Shown here: piece by piece, positions 27,858-44,281 of the stretch | Position numbering within the stretch: the stretch's first letter is position 1 | How the letters are laid out: every line of letters starts with the position of its first letter | Assembly (NCBI GenBank): GCA_021613535.1 | Contig: CP075494.1 | Span: forward strand, 9,982,001 to 10,046,000 | Length of the DNA stretch: 64,000 nucleotides | Direction of reading: 5' to 3' | Origin: Adineta vaga | Taxonomy: Eukaryota; Animalia; Rotifera | Notes under the pieces: model-generated | Database searches by the model: none | The model's input: only the letters and a program-made list of their open reading frames with translations | Told to the model about the DNA's origin: nothing | Translations under genes and position numbers: made by a program

Positions 27858-30800
27858 ATGGCTGCAATGAATTATGTTGTTACTGTGCAGAGTCCCACAG
27901 CTATTACGGCTCTTGCCACTGGTCATTTTACCTCACCAACTGATTTTAATCTAATTGTTGCCAAGAATACACATTTTGAAATCTATATTATCAGTTCTGA
28001 AGGCTTAAAATTAGTTAAAGATGTATGTGTCTATGGACAAATTCATATTCTCAAATGCTTTCGATTACCGGTAAAGAATATTTGTTATTTTGAAAATGAA
28101 AAATCTAATTTCATTCGTTGTTTTTTGAAATAGAATATGACCAAAGATATTCTGTTTATTTTTACTGAAAAATGTCAAGGAATGATTTTAGATTGTCGAA
28201 AGACGGCTCAAGATCAATATGAAATTTTAACGAAATGTCATGGATTATTAAAAGTAATTGATTACAAAACGTTTCGTTTAGAATCAAATGATTATTTTTT
28301 TTAATATTTGTATAGGATACAGGACGACAAACTGTTCGACAACCATTATGTACAATTGATGTGAAACATGGTCTTATTTTATTACGTATATTTGAAGGTG
28401 TCATTAAATTGATTTATTTAAAAGATTTTTCGTCAAAAGATTCTTCATCAAAAAGTTTAGAAGCATATAATGTCAAGTATGAATTCTATAGAATAATTTT
28501 ATTCTGTAAATGAATACATCATTTCTTTTTCTTTTTAGAGTTGATGAACAAAATATTATTGATATACAATTTTTACCAGGACATCAAAAACCAACATTTA
28601 TTCTTTTACATCCCGTAAAATTACTTTTCTAAGTTTATCAAATTGAAACGATAATATATTGTTTGTGTAGAGAACAAATGATACATCAATGCTTAATCGT
28701 GATCAAGAAGAATATCATATTCGTACTTATCAAGTCGAATTAAAAGAAAGAGATATTTCGAAATTAAGTTGGAAACAAGATATGACATTAAGTGAAGCAT
28801 CATTTGTTATTCCAAGTAAATTTCAACGATTGTTATAGTGATAGAAAAAAAACGGAGAAATTTTCAATTTCTAGTTGGACAAGATACATTCAGTTGTATC
28901 GTTATTGGAAGAAATGCAGTGGCTCTATATAAAGAAAATGATCGACCATTAGAAATTGAATCATCGCTACTTGATGTAATTAAATTTTCTTCTTCTAAGA
29001 ATTCATTTTCTTATACCTTTTATAGGATGAAACTTCTATCATAAGTTATTGTCCTATTGATGAAGATGGTTGTCGTTATTTACTAACTGATTATTCTGGT
29101 AAACTCTATTTACTTGTCCTCGAACGTGATAAACGAAATGGAAGTTCATCAACAACTATAACCGATATGAAAGTAATATATATTTATCTTCCTATATAAT
29201 CCAAAACTTTTGCACCTTTCAGTTGGATCTTCTTGGTGAAACATCAATATGTGAATATGTAACTTATTTAGATAATGGTGTGACATTTATTGGTTCACGT
29301 TTTGGTGATAGTCAACTTATACGAGTACGAAATATCGTTTTTAGATGTTTCAAATTGATTTATTTTGTTTATTTATAGCTTTTACCTGAACCACAGAATG
29401 GAAGTCATCTAGAAATTCTTGAATCATATACAAATCTTGCGCCAATTGTTGATATGTGTGTTGTGGATTTAGAACGGCAAGGTCGACAAGTAAGAAATAA
29501 AAGAAGACTATCAGCGAATTTCTCCTTTTAATTTTTTCAGTTAATCACATGTTCGGGTAATGGAAAAGATTCTTCATTACGTTTTATTCGTACTGGTATC
29601 GGTATTCATGAACATGCATCGATCGATTTAAGAAATATCAAAGGTATAGGAAAACAAGAGATTATTGTGTAATCAAATCCCATATTATTATTATTATTTC
29701 TTTTCCTAGGAATTTGGGCATTGAAAATAGATAATCATTATGATAATCATCTTGTTGTAGCATTTTTTGATCAAACCAGGTAAATCTATCTTTTTTCGAT
29801 AGATTATTTCTATTTGAATTTGCTTTTCAATTAGATTATTTCATTTACAAAATGATGAAATCGAAGAAGTTGAATTATCTGGTTTTGATTTTCAACATCA
29901 AACATTATTCTGTGCTAATGTTATCTCAGATCAGTATTTACAAGTAAAAAAAATAGATTCTTTGATTCGTAATTAAAAATTTCATGTTTAGATAACCACA
30001 CATTCAATTCGTTTAATTGGCAATAATGGAAAAGATTTATTGGTTGAATGGAAAAATGAACAGAATGAAATTACTGTTGGATCATCAAATACAACCCAAT
30101 GTGTTTGTGCAAGTGGAAATCAATTATTTTATTTTGAAATTGGCCGTGCTAGTCTTACTGAAATAAAGTAAGTTCGATTTGCAATATATTAAACATTCGA
30201 AAGGAAATAATTATTGGATTTCTTTATTTTTTAGTAAATGTAAATTACCATATAATATAGCTTGTTTGGATGTTACACCATTAAATCCACAAGAGGAACG
30301 AACAAGTCTTTGTGTTGTTGGACTATGGACACAAATCTCTGTTTGGATTTACCGATTGCCAACACTTGATGTTTTACATAAAGAACCATTGACTTCAGGT
30401 AAGATCTAAGTTAAATCTCGTACATCGATTTTGTATAATTATGCTTGTTTTTAGATGCATTACCACGATCAGTTGTTATGATAACATTTGATTCTCAACC
30501 TTATGTTGTTATTTCATTAGCTGATGGTCCTATCGTCTATTATTTACTTGATGTTGAACAAGGTATTCTGTACGAGCGAAAAAAAGTTTCATTAGGTACA
30601 AAACCAACAACACTTACCATCTGTCAACGTACAGATATCTCACCAAATGCATCATCGTCCTCAACTGATCCTTCAACACAACGTACCGTACTTTTTGCTT
30701 GTAGTGATCGTCCATCTGTAATATCATCATCGAATACAAAACTTGTCTTTTCTGCTGTGAATCTACGTGAAATTGTTTGTATGTGTTCATTTCATTCAGA

Positions 30801-32439
30801 ATTTTATGGCGCAAGTTTAACATTAGTAACTGATGTTGGAGTTATTCTTGGCCGAATTGATGATATACAAAAGTTACATGTACGTTCACTAGTATTAGGT
30901 GAACCAGCACGACGTATTACATTTATGGAAGAAGAAAAGGCTTTTGTTATTTTAACTCAATATATAGACAATTTTCAAACAGATAGTATTACACCAATCA
31001 GTAAACAAGCCCATCAAAAAATTGAATGTCCAACCACAATCAAAAATATAAATGATATTGTACCACCAATACAAAATGAAGTTATTGATTCAATTGTCAT
31101 TTTAGATCAACATACACATGAAGGTATACTATATACTTTAAGTTCATCGATCAATTTGTAGAACAAATTTTGAATAATCATTCGGATGCTTTTATTCTAT
31201 TCTCTTTATTTTAAGCTCGTGTTTCTGTTCGTTTAATGAATCGTGAAGAAGCTTTAAGTCTATGTGTAATTAACTTTGCTGATGATCCATCATCGTCATA
31301 TATTGCTGTTGGTACTGCTATTATATTTGAAGATGAAGATACACCAAAATTTGGTCGTCTTATTTTATATCGTTATAAAAGCGGTCATCTAAATATGATT
31401 ACAGAAAAAGAATTAAATGGTGCACCACATGCTATGTTACCATTTCATGCAAAACTTCTTGTTGCTGTTGGAAGTTCCGTAAGAGAAAGAGAAATTTCAT
31501 TTGATTGTTACTGTGTATTTTGTTTTAGATTCGATTATATAAATTTTCACCTCAAAATCATGAATTAATTCAATTGACACAATATTTAGGACATATTGAT
31601 TGTTTACAAGTTAAAATAAAAGATGATTTTGTTCTATTTAATGATTTAATGAAATCAATTACAGTATTACGATATAATGTTGATGAGGGAAAATTTGAAG
31701 AAGTGAGAAAAGATTTGTTTTTAAGATAAAATTTTGACTTTTCATTGGGTAACTAGATTGCTCATGATGTTCAACCACAATGGACAATGGCATGTGAATT
31801 TTTTGATGATGATACATTTATTTGTGCAGAAGATGGAGGAAATTTAATATCATGTCATAAAGATAGTGGTTCAACAAAGGAAAATGAAAGAAATGTATTA
31901 AAAGAATTGGGATTATGTCATTTAGGAGAGAATATCAATGTGTTTCGTCATGGTAAAAAGCGAATTTGTGTTTATTCGAACTTTTTAAATTTCTTCATTT
32001 AGGTTGTCTTGTAACCCAACAAACAGCTGAAACATCGATTTCTCTTGACACATGTACGTTAATGGGTGGTGTTTCCGGTTATATTGGTCTTCTTCTTCAA
32101 TTAACACCGCCATTATATCAGTTACTTATGTCATTACAATTAGCTATAGCTGACAATGTTCCCAGTGTTGGTAAAATCGATCATGGTACATGGCGTTCAT
32201 TTGAATCCGATGGTCGATCCGATGTTTCTTGTGGCTTTGTTGATGGTGATCTAATTGAAACATATCTTGATTTACCGAAAACAGTACAACAAGAACTTAT
32301 TACAGATCTACACGTATGTTTTTAAAAACATTCACTTAGTTCTATGTTTTGTTTTTTCTAGGGTGAAAATAACACACCAATTTATACAACAGTAGAAGAA
32401 CTAGTCAAAATAATCGAAGAACTTGCACGAATACATTGA
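27858..32439 (+). CDS. DDB1: DNA damage-binding protein 1
   Basis: [12 protein letters not shown]...[73 protein letters not shown]. Confidence 0.95.
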
Positions 32440-32572
32440 ACTATACATAAATAAATGTGGTCGTCTGTGTCTATATTTTTCGTCTTTTTTTTGTAATACT
32501 TGATTTGATCAAAAGACAAAACTAACAGACAATTCTTTTTCTAAACCTGCATTATCAGTTCTCTTACTTTAG

Positions 32573-33774
32573 ATGGTTCTCATCATTGGCGAACAGGTCT
32601 ATTCGCGTAAATGTACATTGGAAGATCTCGAAGAACATGCTGATTTGATTAGTTCTTCGAGAGAATTTGCGAAATCAAATGAATATAAACAATTACCAGA
32701 TGAAATTTCTCGAACAATTTATGTTCATCAACGAGAGTTTGCTGTGATAGGACGGAGTGATCCAAATGGATTTCATTTAATTGGAAGTGATGATGCAACA
32801 ACATGTCATATACTTGTACTTGATAATCAATGTGCTGTGGGTGTGATACATTTAGATGGAGAAGAAACTGATGAAAGTTTAGAAAATATGTTAGACGAAA
32901 TGAAAAAATATGCACCGGATAATACAAATTATGATGCCTATCTTGTTGGTAAGTAGAATAATGGAGCGAATAAAAGATGAGTTGTAACTTGTATGTTAAA
33001 CAGTATCTTCGTTCGACATAGAAAGAAAAGAGAAAGTTGGTCATGTCTATATCCCACGTTAAAAAAACAAACGATATAAAATCTTGTTTTTTCCAACAGT
33101 ATAATAACAGTGTACAATACTATGAAAATTCTACTGATAGACAAAAGATCTAGTTTGATTCTATTTTCATTCCAGGTGGTTTTATCGATGGTTCAACTCG
33201 ACAATATTCTCACAAATTAAGTAATGAAGTTCTCAAAGCATTTTCTTCGATGAAAAACGTTTCATTTCATCTTAAACTTGCTGCTATAACACCGTACAAC
33301 GATCATATAATCAACAAGATTCATTATCCACTTATTTATGGTATCTGTTTTGATGTTAACACGAAAACAATTCGTAAAATGAATTTTATCGATTTTGGAC
33401 CAGCATTTCGTTTACGTTCAGTGTATCTTTCGGTTCATACTCATTGTGCTTGGTGTATCTATTCATCTTTACAAGGAATAGTTACAATCAAAGAATTTTC
33501 CATTGACAAAAATATAGTTAAACGTTATTATGAACCTTTGTATTTATATTATTTTTATAATGATCAAAAATTATTATCAATGACTTCGACATCACCTGAA
33601 CAGGAACGTTCTTCATATCTAACACATATAAAAAAGAATATTTTATTTATTTTGAAATATTTTAAAGAACTATCTGAATGGTTTGATAAACAAACACATT
33701 CAATTGTTTATTATCGATTAAATGAAAAATGGATTACTAACAATACGAATGTTATTGAAGACGTTGAAATTTAA
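32573..33774 (+). CDS. NTAN1: Protein N-terminal asparagine amidohydrolase, 2 exons
   Basis: YVHQREFAV, IGSDDATTCHILVL, HLDG, LVGGFID, STSPEQE. Confidence 0.88.
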
Positions 33775-33818
33775 TAAATCTTCTTTTTTTTTTTAAAGAT
33801 AAGAATTAGTTTTTCACC

Positions 33819-36800
33819 ATGTGGAGCAGATTAGTTTCAGTAAATCGACAATGTCTTACATCATCGATGAAGATATTTACACGATTACAATCATCAACTC
33901 AATATTATCCAATTAACGATGATGTTTATGGTCTTACTGATGATCAAAAACAGGTTTGGGAGCATAAATACCTATCTTGGTTCATTAATATTAGGTTTTC
34001 TTTTTGAATAGTTACGCGAAACGGTATTTGCATTTGTACAAAAGGAATTAGCACCATACGCCAATGATATCGATAAAAATAATAACTTCCCAAAACTTCG
34101 TGTAAATTTTACATAATTAAAATACTTGAATACAATGTGATCAATGTTTTATTATAGGAATTTTGGAAAAAAATTGGTGATCTTGGTCTTTTGGGTATTA
34201 CAGCACCGGGTAAATATCGAGTTTTATCTTTACAATAGCATCATTGAAGAGTGATAAAAATGCATCTATGAAATCGACATATCTGATCTGATCATTCTTT
34301 ATCATTATAGTTGAATATGGTGGTTTGGGTTTACATTATACCGAACATTGTATTGCTATGGAAGAAATCTCTCGTGCAAGTGGTAGTATTGCTCTCAGTT
34401 ATGGTGCACATTCAAATCTTTGCGTAAATCAAATCGTTCGAAATGCAAATGATGAGCAAAAACAAAAATATCTACCGAAAGTAGGTCGATTCTTTTCTTC
34501 GATTTCAATTGTATTTTTTTCTTTATCTTTTAGCTTATCACTGGTGAACATTTCGGAGCATTAGCAATGTCTGAACCAAATTCTGGTTCTGATGTTGTTT
34601 CAATGAAATTAACTGCAACAAAAAAAGGTTTGTTAACGATTTTATTTCTTTTCATTGATCATAATTGAAGGATTCTTAATGATCATTATTTTCATATTAT
34701 TCTAATTGTTCGATATCAACGCTCGTATTTATATATCAATATTTCGTAAATGTCGTTTTTTTTAATGAATGATGTATAAGATGCTTGATTGATTGTTTGT
34801 AAAGCGAAAAAGAAAGACGTACGTCATATTAACCAAAAATGATCTTGGGAAATGGTGTCGGTTTTTACTCTCCTGCATACGGATCCGCACCGTTCATTGG
34901 TTTATTGACCAATTGCAATCAAGGACTTCAATCTACTCAACAACCTGTTCAACCATCCTCTTTTTATAATCCAACTTATCAACAACAGTTACCAACACAT
35001 CCATTATTAAAAAATGAACCAGATAATGGTCCATCTTTTAAACTCTATGATTTTAATTCGAATAATCAAAGTGAATTAATTCGTCTTCTCTTTTATTATG
35101 CGGGTGTTTCATTTAAAGATAAACGTGTTAAACAAGATGAATGGAATCGAGTGAAAGATAATGTACCTATTCAACAATTACCGATCTTACGTGTTAACAG
35201 TCATTTTAAAATCTATTATTTCAATTCTATTGTTCGATACTTAGCACGAGAATTTTCTCTCTATGGAACAGAAAATCAAGAATATGCATTAGTAGATATG
35301 ATTTTTGAAACGACTTCTTTATTTCAAGACAAACTCTTTGAACAAATTGGTAATTCATCCAATGATGAAGAACGTAAAACACTTCTCACACAATTCATTA
35401 CAAATCATGCAGGAAATCATTTGAATAAATTAGAAAAATTCTTTAAAATATTCCATCGTAATGGTCCATTTTATTTAGGTTCGCAAATAACTTTAGCTGA
35501 TTTAATTGTTTATCAAACGATTAATTATCTAATTGATATTGATCCTAAATTACTTGATAATTATTCTCATTTGAAAGAGGCACGTATTCGTTTAGAAAAG
35601 CATCCTCAAATAATTAATTATTTAAATGCAAAAAAATATCCGAAAAACAAGAAAAAACGTCATATTACTCTTTCACCAACATTAAATAATGTTTATCATT
35701 ATTATCCACGCTATCCATCTCATGATGGACGCAAACTTTGTCGACGTCGTCATCAATCAAAAGAACCACCATTATTTGTTCAGACAAGAAGAGATTCGAA
35801 AGCATCTTCTTCTTCTTCTTCATCAAAAGAAAAGGAGATTAAACCTCCTTCACAAGGTAAACAAGAATCAAGATCAACTAGTATTCAAAAGGAAGAAAAA
35901 GAATCAACACCACCACGACCAGTTGATATTATACCTCAACCACCACCAATTCCTGAAACGATACCACAGCCTCCACCTTTGATTGCTTCTGTTCCATCAA
36001 CACTACCTCTGCGAATAGCAGAAGTTATTCCACAACCACCGCCTGTGACGACAGTGAAAGCTGAAGAGAAATCGGAATCTATCGTCGATGGCTAATTATC
36101 AATGCGAAAGACGATAGACATAACAAGAACTTTGAATATATTTATGTTTAATTTGATTTTATTCATAATAACAAAGTTTCTCTACGATTTTTCTATATGA
36201 TGAAACAGATGATTGAAATCTTTCTCATTCGTTTTTTTTAATCTAAAAAAGAAACAATTGAATATGATAGGATCTTTTTAGGTGATTATTATGTTCTCAA
36301 TGGAAGTAAATTTTGGATTACAAATGGACCGGATGCTGATGTAGTTGTTGTTTATGCTAAAACGAATCCTTCAAGTGACAAACCACAACATGGTATATCA
36401 GCATTTCTCGTGGAAAAAGTATTGATGATAAAAAACAGAGAATCTAGTATGAGAAAAACGAACGATATATGTTCTTTTAGGGCATGGAAGGTTTTTCCAC
36501 AGCACAAAAACTTGATAAAATGGGTATGCGTGGATCGAATACCTGTGAGCTTCTATTTGAAGATTGCAAAATTCCCGGTAAATTACTGTAGGATACATTG
36601 ATTTCATAAATGAAAATTATTCTATTAGCAAAAAATTTAATGGGAAAAGAAAATCATGGTGTTTATGTGTTAATGAGTGGTTTAGATTTTGAACGTGTTG
36701 TTCTTGCAGCTGGCCCTGTTGGGTAAGATTTATTCATTACTATACCATAGAAAATTATATTTCAAAAGTACAACATATCATCTATACTGATCTCAACTTA

Positions 36801-37310
36801 TTTTCTTTAGTTTGATGCAAGCTTGTTGTGATACTGCATTCGAATATGCTCATGTTCGAAAACAATTCGGTAATCCAATAGGTACCTTTCAAGTAAGACT
36901 CTTCTACGATTTGGTTTGATATTTTGGAATCATCTTTAGTTAATACAAGGGAAAATAGCTGACATGTATACAACATTAAATGCTTGTCGTTCGTATTTAT
37001 ACACTACAGCTAAAGCTGTTGATCGAAATATTATCAGTAAAAAGGTAAAAAGAAAAAAATGTTCATCACTATTCTATTGAATAAACTATTTTAGGATTGT
37101 GCTGGTGTTATCTTGTATTGTGCTGAAAAGGCAACTCAATTGTGTCTCGATGGTATTCAAATACTTGGCGGTAATGGCTACATTAATGATTATCCAACAA
37201 GTCGTCTTCTACGTGATGCTAAGTTATATGAAATCGGTGCAGGAACAAGTGAAGTTCGTCGAACTTTGATTGCTCGTACGATTAGTAGCGAATATGGTAT
37301 TAAATCTTAA
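33819..37310 (+). CDS. IVD: Isovaleryl-CoA dehydrogenase, mitochondrial
   Basis: Transit peptide, [73 protein letters not shown]; large intron 34628-36281. Confidence 0.95.
34839..36095 (+). CDS. Intronless sigma-class GST-like protein with a Gln-rich N-terminal and a basic/Pro-rich C-terminal extension, nested in an IVD intron
   Basis: FKLYDFN...[55 protein letters not shown]; 418-aa uninterrupted ORF. Confidence 0.82.
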   Translation: MILGNGVGFYSPAYGSAPFIGLLTNCNQGLQSTQQPVQPSSFYNPTYQQQLPTHPLLKNEPDNGPSFKLYDFNSNNQSELIRLLFYYAGVSFKDKRVKQDEWNRVKDNVPIQQLPILRVNSHFKIYYFNSIVRYLAREFSLYGTENQEYALVDMIFETTSLFQDKLFEQIGNSSNDEERKTLLTQFITNHAGNHLNKLEKFFKIFHRNGPFYLGSQITLADLIVYQTINYLIDIDPKLLDNYSHLKEARIRLEKHPQIINYLNAKKYPKNKKKRHITLSPTLNNVYHYYPRYPSHDGRKLCRRRHQSKEPPLFVQTRRDSKASSSSSSSKEKEIKPPSQGKQESRSTSIQKEEKESTPPRPVDIIPQPPPIPETIPQPPPLIASVPSTLPLRIAEVIPQPPPVTTVKAEEKSESIVDG

Positions 37311-37673
37311 AAAAAATGAAGCTAAGAAAACTATTTCATGTGAACGAGATAGATTTGCCACGAATGTTGTGGATTTTTTTCTGTTCATATTGCTTTTCAT
37401 CAATAAAAGTCAAGTTTTTGAAACTATAGGATTAGATTAATCTATATAAAAAAAGAATATTTGATCAAATAGAGTACAAGGATCATACGAAATAGTTTTC
37501 TTTCTTTCCAGTTGATTACCTCGAATGATATCATAGAAAACTAGTCTGACGATGAATATATACATATATAACAATCGAGGTCATAGTTATCGTTCTATAA
37601 GATCGATATATATATATATAAGTTTAATCAAATAAGCTACATAGTCACTTGGATATTTTATTCGATCGTAAAG

Positions 37674-39804
37674 ATGGTTTGTATATCGAGGTCTAATTTA
37701 ATAGAATTTATTTGTTTGGGTTTATAGTTTTTATTTAGTTTTGCTTTGATATCAGTTTTAACTCTGAGTATTCATGGACATAGTCCACAATTACGTAAAT
37801 AATCATTAGAATTAAATTATATAACTTAATTAAACGTACGATTATTAGGTACATTTCCTACGAATGAAGATAAGACCAATGAATTCTTTGGTCGCTTTCA
37901 AAAGTTAATCGATCAAGCTAATCAACAAATGTCAATTTCTAGTCTCTCGTAAATTATCATCAATTATTTTTGATTGTTATAAGATTTTGTTTGTATTTTT
38001 CCTCTCTAGTGATGATTTTTCAGATGGTCGTCAAGATGAATTAAGTTAGTAAAGTTCTTGTTTGAATTGTTTATTTTTCTGAGAAGAATAAACTTTCCCA
38101 TTTTTAGCATTCATTTCATGTGATCGTATTCGTCCAAATGTCAAAAATGCTTATCCAGCAGATAAAACCAAATATTTCGTCTGTCGAAAAAATCAAAGTT
38201 ATGAAATTTATACCTGTCCAAATGGTGGCATCTTTGATGATAATGAAAAAGCCTGTATTGATTTATGTCAACAAAATAATCCATGTTTAAATCAAGGACA
38301 ATGTATTATTTTACCGGATTTGAAATTAGAATGTGTTTGTCGACGAGACTGGACAGGTGAAAGATGTGAAGTTCCATTAAGTTCATGTGCAAAGAACCCA
38401 TGTGGTGCAAATAATGAATGTCGTATGCTTAAAACATTAGATTATGATCAAGATTATGTTTGTATTTGTGATAAACAAGAAAGTTATGGTAAAACTTGTC
38501 AACGAAGTATGTGATTTATGGTTCTAAAAGAACATATTATTGATATTTGCTGCTTTTTTTAGCTGTACCAAATCCTTGTTTAAATAATGTTCAACAATTT
38601 CATTCATTTGCATTTAGTCGACATGCTTATATTAATTGTGATGATGAATTAATTTTTTTTCAACCATGTAATTCACTTCTTTATTGGAATCAAGAAGAAA
38701 AACGTTGTGATCGATCATTACCAGATATTTTACGAACACCGTTTTTAAATTTAAAAACTCACAATAGACAAAATTTTCAATTTAATCGTCCACAACTTAT
38801 GCAACGACCAGATCAAGTTAAAGGTGGCAATGGGGACGATTTAGTTGTTGTTATGATTAAAAAACCAATCACTTTTCAAGTGACAGAATGGCAACAAACA
38901 AGTAAGATACTAATAAAATGAGAAGGTAAAGTTTTTCTCTCTATTTTAACATTTTCTTCTCTATTTAGAAATACCAATGAATCAACAACAATCAAGTATG
39001 GATACAAAACAATGGGAAGGTATGTCACTTTTTAACAAAAACAAAATCTGAACTAATCAATTGGGAAATTAGCACGAGTTCCAAATGTACGACTACGAAC
39101 TGATCAACGTTTTCCTTCTCAATTTCCAAGTAATATTTTTCACTTTTCTCCGAATACTTTCATTCAATATGATCAACATTATAGTTCAAACACCATCAAT
39201 GCTCAAGAAACCATTCATGCAAACAACAACACCAATGCCCACAAACGTTTTTCGATTAGAAGGTTGTGTTAAACAAGAACAATTCTTTTAATACTAATTC
39301 ATTTATCATTTAGGTTTCGGAAATAAAAATACTGGACGATCACAAATGAATGAAAACGGTAGGAAAATCTATTTTAAAAAGAAATATTTCATTTTATCAA
39401 AATCATTTCACCAGTTATGACAAATCCGCAATTTCAACAAGGTAAAATTTCATTTCTATAAATACTTTACATATCAAATCTTTAGGTTCAATGGAATCAT
39501 TCGCTTCAGAAATGATAACAACTACACCAAGTAAGAAAATAGTTAAACATCATTTTTGATATACAATTCTTCATTTAGAACCAATCACACATACATTGCT
39601 TGGATGGAAAACTAATCAACAAGGTATACGAAATCGATTTTAATGAATAAGATTATTTTCTAATTACAACATATTTAGAAATTTCAAATCAAATGGCTGA
39701 TCCAAATAATTTGAGTACGTCAAATTTGATAATATTATTCTTAATTAATAATCATTTATTTAGATACACCTTCATCATTTCAACTCAGATCATGGAAAGA
39801 ATGA
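37674..39804 (+). CDS. Secreted protein with chitin-binding type 2-like and EGF-like domains and a micro-exon-encoded tail
   Basis: Signal MFLFSFALISVLTLSIHG, YPADKTKYFVC...TCPNGGIFDDNEKAC, EGF repeats PCLNQGQC...CVCRRDWTGERC, second CBM14-like AYINC...QPCNSLLYWNQEEKRC. Confidence 0.75.
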
Positions 39805-40060
39805 TCTAAACAGTTTTAAACTTGTTTTGTTTTGTTTTGTTTTGTTTTTCGTTTGAATAACGAAATAAAGATTGTCATTGATAGAAAATTTTCAATTTTG
39901 ATATTTGTATTTAAATAGACATAGTCAAAATATAGAATGTCATTTGTTAAAGTACAAAATTCACACACAAGGCATATAATACAACGTAAGAAATGGGAAT
40001 ATATATATATGTATAATATCAAAGCAAAAAAGAAAGAAAACCGAAAACTAAAAGAAAAAT

Positions 40061-43892
<3,832 letters not shown>

Positions 43893-44070
43893 GGTCGAGG
43901 ACAGATCGCTTAAACACATATGTGAAACAACTGAAATTATTCGACAGATTTTTTAGAAAAATTATGAACATTTTATTTCGAACATTGACATTTATTTGTA
44001 AATGAGTCCGAGAAGTACGGTTTTTTTCTCGAATGTAATGTAATCATTATTTACGACACATATTTTCCCT

Positions 44071-44075
44071 CCAAT
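44071..44075. promoter_or_regulatory. CCAAT box in the ~390-bp divergent promoter region between MLK and FBXO47-like
   Basis: CCAATC between head-to-head ATGs at 43892 (-) and 44282 (+). Confidence 0.4.
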
Positions 44076-44281
44076 CAAATCAATAGTCAATAGTGACATC
44101 TACATTAACAAACATTTTAGATTCAATTATACTGTTAATGATGATTTCGCCTTTATTAACAAATTTATTAGAATTTTTTGTGTAAATTTTCATATTGTAA
44201 ATAATTATAAACAATTTCGACTATATGAATAGGATTTTCCCGTCCGAATTGAATTAACCGTTACTCGTCATTACCATCAAG

